Shown here one piece after another: positions 21,901 to 32,024 of a stretch of 64,000 bases of DNA. The stretch lies in IMG/VR virus record IMGVR_UViG_3300017764_000001; one strand, written 5' to 3'. The DNA comes from a virus. Its lineage: Duplodnaviria > Caudoviricetes. Made by a program: the position numbers and the translations under genes. Below the pieces are notes generated by a model. It worked only from the letters and a program-made list of their open reading frames with translations, searched no databases and was not told the DNA's origin. The number at the start of each line of letters is the position of its first letter. Position 1 is the first letter of the stretch.

Positions 21901-22671
21901 GGTCAAGCAACACTTACCTCAACATCATTATCTCACCCAATACAAGTTGCTGCTGCATCTGATTCAAATGCTATTGCAATTATTGGTAAGGCAGCAGATG
22001 ATATTGGTGAATTATCTTTCTATGAAGCAGATAAGAGCACTAAATTAGGAGAACTGCAATATCGTCAAGATCATCTTAACCTTAGACATCGTGTTGGTTA
22101 TATTAGTTTTGCCACTGGTGGAACAACAGAAAAATTTCAAATAACTTCTGGTGGACAACTACAAGCAACTGGTGCTGCTGATGTTCGGTTGACTTTAGGT
22201 TCTAGTGGAACTGCCGGAACAAATGATAGTGTTCATATAAGAGCAGATAGTGCAAATTTAAAATTCATGGCTGCTAATGGTGGAAACACCATATTTGAAA
22301 CAAATGGAACAGAGACACTTCGTATAGATTCAAGTGGTAATTTACAAAGACCAAAGAGTTTGTCACAAGAAGTCAGTACTTCTGTATCTTCAGTATCTGC
22401 GACATCATGTGGATCATTTGCCAAGGCAACCTATAGATCTGCATATGTTATTGCCCAAATTACACAAGGATCCTCATATCAGGTTGGTCGTTATCTTGTC
22501 ATTCATGACGGAACAACTGCCACGACCGTTGAAGAATCCGCAATTGCAACCGGAGATATGTTAGGAACATTTGAAGGTGTAATCAGTGGTTCCAATGTTG
22601 AGTTTAGAGTTACGATGAGTAGTGCATCATCCGCCACGGTGATTACTAAGATTGAATCAATCGTCGTTTGA
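18964..22671 (+). CDS. Tail-fibre-like structural protein (1235 aa)
   Basis: Repeated ERLRITSxGxVGIGTDNP fibre units; neck motif; C-terminal TYRSAY...IHDG domain shared with the upstream gene; ATAAATA at 18937-18943. Confidence 0.8.
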   Translation: MANTRELAQFASFVDFTGTSIGFSTQFNVSGVSTFTNTVIFDSTGSIQIPKGNTSQRLPGVLGQIRYNTQLSTFEGYGAGNAWGSLGGVKDVDADTLIRAESSAGADEDKLEFITNDGVRVAIDSTGQVGIGSTIPTVTLDVVGNGKVSGVLTATTFSGSGASLTSIPNSSLSNSSIAIGGITFNLGDTDATPAFDLQDATGYPFTSLTGITTDIAGDTTPTLGGNLDANSKDITGVNNLNVSGVSTFQSHIHLGNDDELRLGAATGGDMVIVHDGDHGTIDNNDGNLNIKSEGNIALNPNNTNDGLNVINQGAVELFHNNAKRLETTTTGVKILNGTTATIAGPDEIIIDPATVGDNTGTVRIKGDLFVDGTTTQINSTALEISDFIVGIATTATTDALADGAGIQIGPSGNTFLYDNTNEAFTSTENLNVASGHTYKIAGTDVLSATTLGSAVVNSSLTSVGTLSALTVSGDVSIADKIVHTGDTDTAIRFPAADTFSVDTAGNEAFRVDSDGNLTLGTADEATNSKLTVRAASPHLSLYATPGSNTSQLNLGDTDDHDIGNISYDHSDNSMRFTTNTTEKLRITSAGSVGIGTNNPTSIFDVETGTGSGINFGSDGANAPTLNFMAGSARLESAAQILVGENSGGGDFIIKTKNSSGSLTSRVTVNNAGKLTVTPADTTSSYETTDGGIDIAQTISSTGTSSSQSIGIQFSLTKSGQTGAIAEIGAIREGSGLSGLVFRTRDNSTGRNERLRITSDGKVGIGTDNPNGTLTVYGASSSSFRISKSGVLAYDHTFNGTSYTIANNNGSAGIPIIIGTKTAGEESVRITSDGKVGIGTDNPATTLDVQGDMAVAYSATHALRFYNQPKSNWSSISNTDTGSNANLSLKSSQGEAMFITYDRKIGIGTDNPSRILHINSGATDTAMLIEGTDGDVQINLKDVDSSDGISIGCDQDDFYVRTGLTTERLRINSTGILLKSGQATLTSTSLSHPIQVAAASDSNAIAIIGKAADDIGELSFYEADKSTKLGELQYRQDHLNLRHRVGYISFATGGTTEKFQITSGGQLQATGAADVRLTLGSSGTAGTNDSVHIRADSANLKFMAANGGNTIFETNGTETLRIDSSGNLQRPKSLSQEVSTSVSSVSATSCGSFAKATYRSAYVIAQITQGSSYQVGRYLVIHDGTTATTVEESAIATGDMLGTFEGVISGSNVEFRVTMSSASSATVITKIESIVV

Positions 22672-22705
22672 TAATCTAAATACTATGAAGGAGGAACTAG
22701 TATAA

Positions 22706-24193
22706 ATGGCAAAGTTAAGAGTTGGATTTGGTTCTGATTTTAATATTACAGGACAAAAGGTAGGTCTTGGAACCGCAAATCCAACTGCTCTTTTAGAAGT
22801 TGCCGAAACTGCCAAGGCAGATTTTAATATTACCGGTGTCACAACACTGACATCTTATGGTGGTTTTGTAGCACAGAATCAAAATATTACAGAACCAACA
22901 ACGATCAAGAGAACGATAAGTAAATCAGGAACTCTTGATAGTGTAAATGAAAGAGAAACTGGATTTACAGAACTTGGTGGTGTTCATCACGGTGATGATC
23001 AATATTTCAATACACTTTCAGAAGATCTTGTCGTAGAAGACGGAAAGATTTTCAGTATTCATAATACTGAAATGGTTGGTTCTACAACTATTGGTGAACA
23101 GGATCCACACACTCATGCATCACATGTCTCTGCAGGATCACTGGAACAAGTATCAGTCACCGGACACTTTTCTGTTCCTTGTGGTGGAATTAATGAAAGG
23201 CAAGAAACACTAATCGAAGGAACCGTAAGATTCAATGATGATTTGAATACACTTGAGTTCTTCAATGGAAATGAATGGAGACAATTTACTTATAATCAAG
23301 GACAAAGTGGTCGTGCCGTTTTCTCTGGTGGTGAATCTGGTGGATCGAATACACAGATACAGGCAATTGATTATTATAATATACACACTACTGGAAATGC
23401 ACTTAATTTTGGTAATGCAACTATCACCGAATCAAGAAAAGCAGGGTGTGCTTCCGCAACTAGAGGATTATCTGGTGGATCTGATGATACAAGTAACGAT
23501 AGTACTATTGATTATGTAACCATTGCATCAACAGGAGATGCAATTGATTTTGGAGATTTGTATAATGGTAGAGGCACATCTGCATCAATGTCATCATCGA
23601 CTCGTGGACTTTGGGCAGCAGGAAGATCTCCAACTAATCAAGATACAATAGATTATGTAGAAATAGCAACTCTTGGAAATGCACTAGATTTTGGTGATAC
23701 AACAGTTGCACGACAATGGTTGGCAGGTTGCTCTAGTTCAACAAGAGGAATTATTGCCGGAGGAGAATCTCCATCCTTTGCGTCTCCAACTAGAACTTCA
23801 AGAATAGAATATATAACCATGGCATCAAAAGGTGATGCAATTTTATTTGGAGAGTTGACGGGTATTACTGGCAATCCTGGGGGTTGTTCTAATTCAACAA
23901 GAGGATTTTTTGGTGGTGGTGAGCCATCAGCACAGAGTAAGATAGATATGATTACAATTGCATCAACCGGAAATGCCATTCGTTTTGGAGAACTAACTGT
24001 TGCCAGACTTACAGTAAATGGTGCTGGTAGTCAAACTCGTGGAACATTTTTAGGTGGACATTATAATTTGAATGTAATTGATTACATCACAATGTCAACA
24101 GAGGGAGATGCAATAGATTTTGGAGACTTAACTATAGGTAGGTGGTCAGGTGCATCATTATCAGATTCTCACGGTGGTTTAGGAGGTTTCTAA
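22706..24193 (+). CDS. Array paralogue P1: six Kelch-like repeats, intact neck motif, SDSHGGLGGF tail
   Basis: Six TRG.F.GG...IDY.TIASTG.A.DFGDL units; VPCGGINERQ...GTVRFNDDLNTLEFFNGNEW. Confidence 0.8.
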   Translation: MAKLRVGFGSDFNITGQKVGLGTANPTALLEVAETAKADFNITGVTTLTSYGGFVAQNQNITEPTTIKRTISKSGTLDSVNERETGFTELGGVHHGDDQYFNTLSEDLVVEDGKIFSIHNTEMVGSTTIGEQDPHTHASHVSAGSLEQVSVTGHFSVPCGGINERQETLIEGTVRFNDDLNTLEFFNGNEWRQFTYNQGQSGRAVFSGGESGGSNTQIQAIDYYNIHTTGNALNFGNATITESRKAGCASATRGLSGGSDDTSNDSTIDYVTIASTGDAIDFGDLYNGRGTSASMSSSTRGLWAAGRSPTNQDTIDYVEIATLGNALDFGDTTVARQWLAGCSSSTRGIIAGGESPSFASPTRTSRIEYITMASKGDAILFGELTGITGNPGGCSNSTRGFFGGGEPSAQSKIDMITIASTGNAIRFGELTVARLTVNGAGSQTRGTFLGGHYNLNVIDYITMSTEGDAIDFGDLTIGRWSGASLSDSHGGLGGF

Positions 24194-24194
24194 G

Positions 24195-26318
24195 ATGGCA
24201 AAAATAAGATTTGGTTACTCTGATGATTTCACCGCAAAGAATAGTGGTGTTGGTATTAATACCACCGATTCACAGGAAAATTTAGATGTTGATGGTGTCG
24301 TAAAAGGTCAAGATCTAAAGGTCACCGGTATCTCATTACAAACTGGTTATGAAGGATTCCTGAGAGCAGATCATCAGATTGCAGAGGATACATCTCTGAG
24401 TTTTGATCAAGGACCTGTTTCATCACTTTCTGGTGAGATTATTGTAGAAACTGGTAAAACTGTTACCGTCAATGAGGTTGTCAAAGAGACTGCAGGAGTT
24501 GGTAATGGTTCTGGTGGTCAATGGAATGATCTGAACGGTAATTATGCTTTTAAGGCAAATGGTGATCCAACATGGGATGGATCTGCATTTGTTTATGATG
24601 GCACTGGAGATTATCACAGTCTCAGTGGCGGAAATACAAGCACTTTTGAAGTAGGTTCTAGTAATTTTACATTAGAACAATGGGTTTATATAACTGCAAC
24701 ATCTTCTATATGCAGTACATTTTTCTCTAAAGGAAATAATAACTCTGTTGGAACAGAATTTATGTCCCTACAGACTACGAATAATGGCACCACACCAGGA
24801 TTTTTCTTTGGTTCTGGAAGTTCTCTTTTGGCAGGATCATCTGTAGGAACAGATGGGTGGCATCATTATGTGGTAACTCGTTCCGGTAATAATTTTACAC
24901 TTTATGTTGATGGAACGTCAGTAGATACTGCTACTAGTAGTAGTTCTTTGGCATCTGGAATTACTGGTGGTGTTAATATTGGTGCTCAATCTTACAGTGT
25001 TTCTGCTGATGGTAGAAAATTAAATGGAAAAATTTCTATCACTCGTCTTTATGGTAGTAGAGTATTAACAGCAGCAGAAGTTACACTAAACTATAATGCC
25101 GGACATACTGCAACCACATCAGCAGTAGTAGCAACAGTAGACCTCAATGCGAACAATCCAAGTTCCTATCCTGGAACTCTCAGTGCTGTTGATACCACAG
25201 ATACAACAATAGCAGGTGGAAGTCAGATTGGATCATTGAAAGTTTTCAATACTTTCACACCTCCAAGTGGTGATACAAATCAGAGACCATCAAAACCAAA
25301 ACCAGGTCAATTATATTATAACTATGACCTCAAGACCATTGAGTTTCATGATGGTTATGGTTGGAGACAAGTAGATTATACAACTACAAGTAGTCGTGCT
25401 GTATTTGCCGGTGGATATAATCCGGGACCATCATATGGTACAATATCAAATATGTCTTATGTAAATATTGCCTCAACTGGTAATGCATTAGATTTTGGTA
25501 GTTTGGTTGCTAATGCAAGAACTGATCACGGTGCTTTTTCAAGTTCGATTCGTGGTATATTCCATCAAAGTATTGGAAGTCCGGGTACTGGAGAGAGTTT
25601 AGATTATGTTGCTCTGGCATCTGGAGGTCAAGCAGTTGATTTTGGTAATTTGAATACTGCCAGAACAAGATCTTCGGGATTATCGAGTTCTACTCGTGGA
25701 CTTATTGCGGGTGGATATACACATCCTGCACGAATTTTCAAAATTGACTATGTAGAAATCGCTACGGTAGGAAATGCGTTAGAGTTTGGAGAATTAAGTA
25801 GTCATGGAATTCGTAATGCCCCTATCGCATCACCAACGAAAGGAGTTTTTGTTGGAGGCACTCCGGCATCTGCAACAAGAACAAACGAAATAACATTTGT
25901 AACAATAGCATCAAAAGGTAATTCTATTGATTTTGGAGGACGTGGTTTATTTTCTGGTTCATATAGTGCGGGTGGAGTATCTAATGGTGTTCGTGGCGTA
26001 TATGCGGGAGGAGATACTGGTGGTGACGGTGGTGGTAAAGAAAAATCAATCGGATATTTAAATCTTGCGTCAACAGGAAATGCACAATATTTTGGTGATC
26101 TTTCCATAGCAGGAAGTCATCATTGTGGAACTTCTAATCATATTCGTGGAATATTTAATTCTAGTGACCAAGTACCAAACACAGCAGTGTATACAAATGC
26201 CATTGAGTATATAACCATATCAACAGCAGGAAATTCTATAGATTTTGGTGATAACGTATTAAGTGCTGGCAGGAGAGCTTGTACATCAGACTCACACGGC
26301 GGACTAGGAGGTTTCTGA
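24195..26318 (+). CDS. Array paralogue P2: LamG/ConA-like domain plus propeller repeats, intact neck, SDSHGGLGGF tail
   Basis: FTLEQWV...WHHYVVTRSG...LYVDG LamG-like pattern; PPSGDTNQRP...GQLYYNYDLKTIEFHDG. Confidence 0.8.
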   Translation: MAKIRFGYSDDFTAKNSGVGINTTDSQENLDVDGVVKGQDLKVTGISLQTGYEGFLRADHQIAEDTSLSFDQGPVSSLSGEIIVETGKTVTVNEVVKETAGVGNGSGGQWNDLNGNYAFKANGDPTWDGSAFVYDGTGDYHSLSGGNTSTFEVGSSNFTLEQWVYITATSSICSTFFSKGNNNSVGTEFMSLQTTNNGTTPGFFFGSGSSLLAGSSVGTDGWHHYVVTRSGNNFTLYVDGTSVDTATSSSSLASGITGGVNIGAQSYSVSADGRKLNGKISITRLYGSRVLTAAEVTLNYNAGHTATTSAVVATVDLNANNPSSYPGTLSAVDTTDTTIAGGSQIGSLKVFNTFTPPSGDTNQRPSKPKPGQLYYNYDLKTIEFHDGYGWRQVDYTTTSSRAVFAGGYNPGPSYGTISNMSYVNIASTGNALDFGSLVANARTDHGAFSSSIRGIFHQSIGSPGTGESLDYVALASGGQAVDFGNLNTARTRSSGLSSSTRGLIAGGYTHPARIFKIDYVEIATVGNALEFGELSSHGIRNAPIASPTKGVFVGGTPASATRTNEITFVTIASKGNSIDFGGRGLFSGSYSAGGVSNGVRGVYAGGDTGGDGGGKEKSIGYLNLASTGNAQYFGDLSIAGSHHCGTSNHIRGIFNSSDQVPNTAVYTNAIEYITISTAGNSIDFGDNVLSAGRRACTSDSHGGLGGF

Positions 26319-26349
26319 TGTCCGATAAATATAGGAAAGTAGTAGTATA

Positions 26350-27774
26350 ATGCCTAAAATAAGGATTGGTTTTTCAACTGATTTTAATTTAGTCAACGAA
26401 CAGGTTGGTATCGGGACGACAAATCCTGACTCTAGGTTAAATGTGCCTGGACAAATTCTTGCCGACAATACTGCTGGTAGTGGAGGAGTATCAACATATA
26501 GAGAGTATCAAGGATTTCATCAGACACAGAGTAATGTCAGTCATAAGGTTACGATTGATGCAACCACTGCCGGTAATCTAAATTCTTTGTCTGGTGAACT
26601 AAGAATTGATGGAGATGTCACGATTGCACCAGATACATCAGTAACCAGTGGAAAGATAGATAGTCTAACTGCAACTGATAAGTTTGCTGTCCCTCTTCGT
26701 GATACAAATAGTAGAGATAATACACCGGAGGCAGGAACAACTAGATTTAATCAAGACTACGGAACACTTGAGTTCTTTGATGGTGCAAATTGGAAGACTG
26801 TAAATAAAACATCTAGAAGTGGTCGAGCCGTATTCTTTGGTGGATATATTGGTCCTTCTGGTACAACTCAAACTAAGAGTATGGATTTGATTAATATTCC
26901 ATCATTAGGTAATTCTGTATATTTTGGTGATTTGGGGTCTGTCAGAAATGACACTCAAGGTTGTTCTGATGGAACTCGTGGTCTATGTGCTGGTGGATAT
27001 TCCAGTGCCGTAAATCAAAGAATTACTGATACGGAATATATTACATTAGCATCTGCCGGTAATGCAATTGATTTTGGCAATTTGGATGAACCAAGAAATG
27101 GATTTGCCGGATGTTCTTCGTCAACTCGTGGATTATTTGCTGGTGGTGTAGACAATGCTGCTAACTCTCCAACAGTATTGCAAATTGATTATTTTCAAAT
27201 TTCAACTCTTGGAACGGCATTGGATTTTGGTGATTCGGCAACTTCAAGAACAGTGAGTGGTGGATTGCCTTCATCTACTCGTGCAGTATGGGGTTCAGGA
27301 AGCAATAGAACAGGTGGAACAGTAACTGCAGTATCAATGATGGACTATTCTACATTTGCATCGAAGGGAAATGCTGTTGAATTTGATAATGAAATTTTAC
27401 CAAGACAAACTGGAAATGGATGTAGTAGTGGAACAAGAGGAGTGTTTGCCGGTGGTTATGGATCTCCTGCTCTTTATTCATCACCGGCAAATAAAGAAAT
27501 GGCAAGAAAGATGTCTTATGTAACAATTGCATCAACAGGCAATGCAATTGAGTTTGGAGAACTATCTGCAATTAAAACTTATGTTGGATCAAATTCAACA
27601 AGTACCAGAGGTATTTGGACGGGTGGATCTAATTACCCAACGCACTATGATGATATTGAATATGTTCAATTTTCATCATTAGGTAATGCTTTAGACTTTG
27701 GAAATCTTCATTCAACCAAAGGTTACATGACTGGATCAGCATCAGATTCTCACGGTGGTTTAGGAGGTTTCTAA
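26350..27774 (+). CDS. Array paralogue P3: propeller repeats, intact neck, SDSHGGLGGF tail
   Basis: VPLRDTNSRD...GTTRFNQDYGTLEFFDGANW followed by repeats; ATAAATA at 26325-26331. Confidence 0.8.
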   Translation: MPKIRIGFSTDFNLVNEQVGIGTTNPDSRLNVPGQILADNTAGSGGVSTYREYQGFHQTQSNVSHKVTIDATTAGNLNSLSGELRIDGDVTIAPDTSVTSGKIDSLTATDKFAVPLRDTNSRDNTPEAGTTRFNQDYGTLEFFDGANWKTVNKTSRSGRAVFFGGYIGPSGTTQTKSMDLINIPSLGNSVYFGDLGSVRNDTQGCSDGTRGLCAGGYSSAVNQRITDTEYITLASAGNAIDFGNLDEPRNGFAGCSSSTRGLFAGGVDNAANSPTVLQIDYFQISTLGTALDFGDSATSRTVSGGLPSSTRAVWGSGSNRTGGTVTAVSMMDYSTFASKGNAVEFDNEILPRQTGNGCSSGTRGVFAGGYGSPALYSSPANKEMARKMSYVTIASTGNAIEFGELSAIKTYVGSNSTSTRGIWTGGSNYPTHYDDIEYVQFSSLGNALDFGNLHSTKGYMTGSASDSHGGLGGF

Positions 27775-27775
27775 G

Positions 27776-30700
27776 ATGGCAAATTTAAGAGTAGATAAGA
27801 TTACAAGCACAGAAACCTTTGAAAGAACTGGTTCTGTTCAGTTTGGTGGTAGTGGAGATTATTTAAGTCTTGCAAGTAGTAGTGATTTTGGTTTTGGCAC
27901 TGGAGATTTTACTATTGAAGCTTGGGTGTGTCCCAGACAAGTATCCAATAACCCATATATTTACGAACCCAGAACTAGTGCAGCTCAAAATGTAGCTGCT
28001 CCGATTATTTACATTTATAATAATAATATTATCTATGCATCAAACATGACGAATTTGATTACAGGTAAAGAAATCAATGACAATACGTGGTTTCATGTTG
28101 CTGTTGTTCGTCATCAAAGTGTCACCACGTTATATGCTGATGGTGTAAATCAAGGATCAATAAATGATACTAGAGATTATATTGATTCCCCCGTATTGAT
28201 AGGTATGAGAAAAAATACTACTGGTCAATCCTTGAATGGTTTTATTAGTAATCTCCGTGTGATTAAAGGTAAGGCAGTATATACAGCAGACTTCAAAGTT
28301 CCAATGAAAGAACTTGAAGCAACTCCTGAGACTGTATTATTATGTTGCCAATCAAAAACTTCTGCAGCTGCCGCAAAAGTATCACCAAACATCAGTGGAG
28401 TTAATGACGGAACAATATGGTCTGATGCTCTTGACGTAACCAATGGTGGTCGATTGAGACATGAAGATTATGGAGATTCATCAACACACAGCCCATCATT
28501 AATTTTTGATGGTGACACTTCAACTGATGCAGAAGGTCCCAACGGAACGAATAATAATATCATATATGATTTTCAAACTTTACTTGGAAAGAGTATTCCG
28601 GTCAGTAGTTCAATTAAAATTGTGATTGGTGGTAGTGATGGTAGAACACTCAAAGTAAATGGAAGTACTATTGGAACCAATTTGGGATCCACAGTACAGA
28701 CAATTACTAGTCAATCTGCACTGAATAAGATTGAAGTTGTTGCTGAATCATCTTCAAGAAGTGGTCGATTGGCAGACATCAAAGTCGATGATGTTTCATT
28801 ATTACTTCCTGTTCTTCCATTTGGTCGTAACATTAATGCATCAGAACTGTCACCAGGTCTTCTGACTGATAAAGTTATTGATGGTGGTAGCAGTGCCATC
28901 AAAGGATCTGTTGAGTTTGATGGTGACTCTGATGGTTTAGTTCTTTCCAAGTCCACAGATTTTCAATTTGGAACAGGTGATTTTACGATTGAGGGGTGGT
29001 TCAATGTTTCAGATACTGGAGCAATCAGGACACTTTTTGATAGTAGAAATACCGACACTGTAACCCATGGACTTTTTGTTGGAATTAATAGTAATGATAA
29101 TCTCTATACCTATGGATTTCCTGGTGGCACCGGAGTTGTAAATTATGGAATTCCCAAACACGGAGAATGGCATCACTTTGCAGTTGTAAGAAATGGAAGT
29201 GATGGGTATGTATTTCTCAATGGAGTAAAAGTTTCTGGAAGTATAGACACAAGTTCTACTAACTATATACATCAAGGAGCAACAGTTGGTCAACCTTCAA
29301 CTGTTTTTGCCGAAACTTTATATCGTTACAAAGGATTTATTTCAAACCTACGTATAGTCAAAGGCACTGCACTCTATACACACGACTTCATTCCACCAAC
29401 CAGAGAACTCAAAAAAGTTCCAGGCACTGTTCTTTTATGTTGCCAAGACCCTGATAATCCACTCACGGAAGCAACTGGAAAAACCATAACTCCTTATGGT
29501 GATCTCGGTGATGGTAGTCTCGGAGGAGAATTAGTCACAAATAATAGTGTATGGACTCTTGCTAAAGGTGGTAGTGGAGCTACCGATTGGACTGTTAGTA
29601 ATAATGGCAGATCATTGGCAGGAACAACTGTTAGTGGTGGTTACATAAGAGCAACTTACACTTTATCAAAAGGTGACTATCTGGTTTCTCTTCGTTGGAC
29701 TGGTGGTAATTTTGCAGTTCAGGATTCTACTGGATACATAGTCGCAACAGATGGAACTGATACCGAATTTTCTTCTTCTGAGGATGGTGCATATAGTTTC
29801 TACATGACTGCTACTACATCAGTTGTAATCACTGGTACATCTTGGAGCACTGCATATACGGTTGATGATATTAGTATCAAAAGAATTTATAGAAATAATG
29901 GTGCATCAAACTTCACACCACAAGTCGGTGATAATAGGAAAGTAACCTTTGATGGTGTCACCAAAATAAACTCAGATGCTTATTTCTATCTCCCAACTGG
30001 TGATACTATAACCAGAGATAGTCGCAGTGGTCGTGGAATAAGTCTAGGTGGTGCTCCAAGTCCATCAACAGCTAGAAGTGAGGTAATTGATTATATAACA
30101 ATTTCCTCCATGGGAAATTCACAGGATTTTGGAAATTTAACTGTGGCAAGATCTTTAAATGGTGGGTGTTCATCATCAACAAGAGGAATTTGTGCTGGTG
30201 GATATAATGAACCAGTATCAACACCTGGATATCTAGACACAATTGATTATATAACAATTGCAGCAACAGGAAATGCAGTTGATTTTGGTAATTTAACTGT
30301 GGCTAGAAACGGATTATCAGGAACATCTAATTCAACCCGTGGTGTTTTTGCTGGAGGGTCAAAACCTCCCTCTGATACTAAAGAAAATGTTATTGACTAC
30401 CTGACGATTGCATCATTAGGTAATGCAATTAATTTTGGAGATTTAAGTCAGGAGAAAAGAAATACGGGATGCACTGGATCTGCAATAAGAGCTATCTGGG
30501 CAGGTGGTCAAGTGGGACCAACAATTACAACTGTGATGGATTATGTCACTATTGCATCCACTGGACATGCTGCTGATTTTGGTGATTTAACTGCCAATAG
30601 ACGGCATTGTATAGGATCTAGTTCAAGCACTCGTGGTATATTTGCAGGAGGAACAACCAATCCAACATTAATAGATATTATTGAATATATAACCATGTCA

Positions 30701-30937
30701 TCTACAGGAAATTCTAATGACTTTGGTAATTTGACGGATGCTAGATCTGAATTTGGAGGACCGTCAAATAAAATTCGTGCTGTCTTCATGGGTGGTTGGG
30801 ATTCACCTACCTATGACAATAGAATTGATTATATAACAATTGCAACAACTGGCAATGCATCAGATTTTGGTAATTTGGGTGGTGGAGTTCGTGGTGCAAT
30901 GGCAGGAATTTCAGACTCTCATGGTGGTCTTGGATAA
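27776..30937 (+). CDS. Array paralogue P4: two LamG-like domains plus propeller, first-half neck only, SDSHGGLG tail
   Basis: GDFTIEAWV...WFHVAVVR...GFISNLRV occurs twice; LPTGDTITR runs directly into the repeats. Confidence 0.8.
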   Translation: MANLRVDKITSTETFERTGSVQFGGSGDYLSLASSSDFGFGTGDFTIEAWVCPRQVSNNPYIYEPRTSAAQNVAAPIIYIYNNNIIYASNMTNLITGKEINDNTWFHVAVVRHQSVTTLYADGVNQGSINDTRDYIDSPVLIGMRKNTTGQSLNGFISNLRVIKGKAVYTADFKVPMKELEATPETVLLCCQSKTSAAAAKVSPNISGVNDGTIWSDALDVTNGGRLRHEDYGDSSTHSPSLIFDGDTSTDAEGPNGTNNNIIYDFQTLLGKSIPVSSSIKIVIGGSDGRTLKVNGSTIGTNLGSTVQTITSQSALNKIEVVAESSSRSGRLADIKVDDVSLLLPVLPFGRNINASELSPGLLTDKVIDGGSSAIKGSVEFDGDSDGLVLSKSTDFQFGTGDFTIEGWFNVSDTGAIRTLFDSRNTDTVTHGLFVGINSNDNLYTYGFPGGTGVVNYGIPKHGEWHHFAVVRNGSDGYVFLNGVKVSGSIDTSSTNYIHQGATVGQPSTVFAETLYRYKGFISNLRIVKGTALYTHDFIPPTRELKKVPGTVLLCCQDPDNPLTEATGKTITPYGDLGDGSLGGELVTNNSVWTLAKGGSGATDWTVSNNGRSLAGTTVSGGYIRATYTLSKGDYLVSLRWTGGNFAVQDSTGYIVATDGTDTEFSSSEDGAYSFYMTATTSVVITGTSWSTAYTVDDISIKRIYRNNGASNFTPQVGDNRKVTFDGVTKINSDAYFYLPTGDTITRDSRSGRGISLGGAPSPSTARSEVIDYITISSMGNSQDFGNLTVARSLNGGCSSSTRGICAGGYNEPVSTPGYLDTIDYITIAATGNAVDFGNLTVARNGLSGTSNSTRGVFAGGSKPPSDTKENVIDYLTIASLGNAINFGDLSQEKRNTGCTGSAIRAIWAGGQVGPTITTVMDYVTIASTGHAADFGDLTANRRHCIGSSSSTRGIFAGGTTNPTLIDIIEYITMSSTGNSNDFGNLTDARSEFGGPSNKIRAVFMGGWDSPTYDNRIDYITIATTGNASDFGNLGGGVRGAMAGISDSHGGLG

Positions 30938-30959
30938 ATAATGAAAGAGGTAGTATAAT

Positions 30960-32021
30960 ATGTCAGAGATTCCAGCAGGTGCAATGAGATTTAACTCCGA
31001 CTCGCAGAAGTTGGAGTATTGGAATGGCTCGGCATGGTTTCAGGTTCATACTGCAACACCAAATCTTGCAACGGCAGGTGATAGAGAACCTGGTGCTCGT
31101 GGATTGTTTGCCGGTGGATATCAACCCGGTGCATATCAAAATGATATTGATTATATAAACATTGCATCAACGGGCAACACACAAGACTTTGGCACTTTAA
31201 ACAATGCAACTACTGCCGGTGGTGGAGTAGGATCAAGAACTCGTGCATTATTTGCTGGTGGTTATATTGGAACAGGTCCTAATGCTCTTGCTCAAATAGA
31301 CACTGTAGTTTTTGCCAGCACTGGAAGTGCTTCAGACTTTGGTGATATGGCTTTGAATCATTTTAGAAGAGGATCTGCAGGAAATGCAACTCGTGGATTA
31401 TTTGCTGGTGGTGGAAATCCAAATACAACTGACCCACAGATAGATTATGTAACTATTGCAACAACAGGAACTGCAAATGATTATGGTGATTTAACTCAAA
31501 CAAGATCCAGATTTGGTGGAGGAGGATCTTCAACTAGGAGTATATTTGCAGGAGGTTTTACCGGACCTAGCCCAACAAATGTTTATCAAGACATTATTGA
31601 TTTTGTAAATACACCAACTCTTGGAAATGCACAAGACTTTGGTGATTTAACAAGAGGAAAATCTTGGACAGCAGTATGTTCAAATCCAACTAGACTGTTG
31701 ATAGGTGGTGGTGCTATAGCACCCGATGGAAATACGGCAGTCAGTGAAATGGAATATATCACAATTTCAACAACTGGTAATGCAGCAATGTTTGGGGACT
31801 TGAATCAAGTTGTCGATACTGGGGCATATGCAGGTTCCGGTTTGGCATCCTCGACTAGAGGAGTATTTAATACAGGAATATTTAAAAATCCAGGTACAAC
31901 TTATGATAATACACTTTATTATGTTGAAATTTCAACAACAGGAAAAGCAAGTGACTTTGGTGATCTAGATGGAAAGAGATATGGAGTTCAAACTTGCTCT
32001 AACGGTCACGGAGGGTTATAA
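30960..32021 (+). CDS. Array paralogue P5: second-half neck plus propeller, SNGHGGL tail
   Basis: Starts IPAGAMRFNSDSQKLEYWNGSAW; ATAAATA at 30934-30940 overlaps the P4 stop. Confidence 0.8.
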   Translation: MSEIPAGAMRFNSDSQKLEYWNGSAWFQVHTATPNLATAGDREPGARGLFAGGYQPGAYQNDIDYINIASTGNTQDFGTLNNATTAGGGVGSRTRALFAGGYIGTGPNALAQIDTVVFASTGSASDFGDMALNHFRRGSAGNATRGLFAGGGNPNTTDPQIDYVTIATTGTANDYGDLTQTRSRFGGGGSSTRSIFAGGFTGPSPTNVYQDIIDFVNTPTLGNAQDFGDLTRGKSWTAVCSNPTRLLIGGGAIAPDGNTAVSEMEYITISTTGNAAMFGDLNQVVDTGAYAGSGLASSTRGVFNTGIFKNPGTTYDNTLYYVEISTTGKASDFGDLDGKRYGVQTCSNGHGGL

Positions 32022-32024
32022 GTC

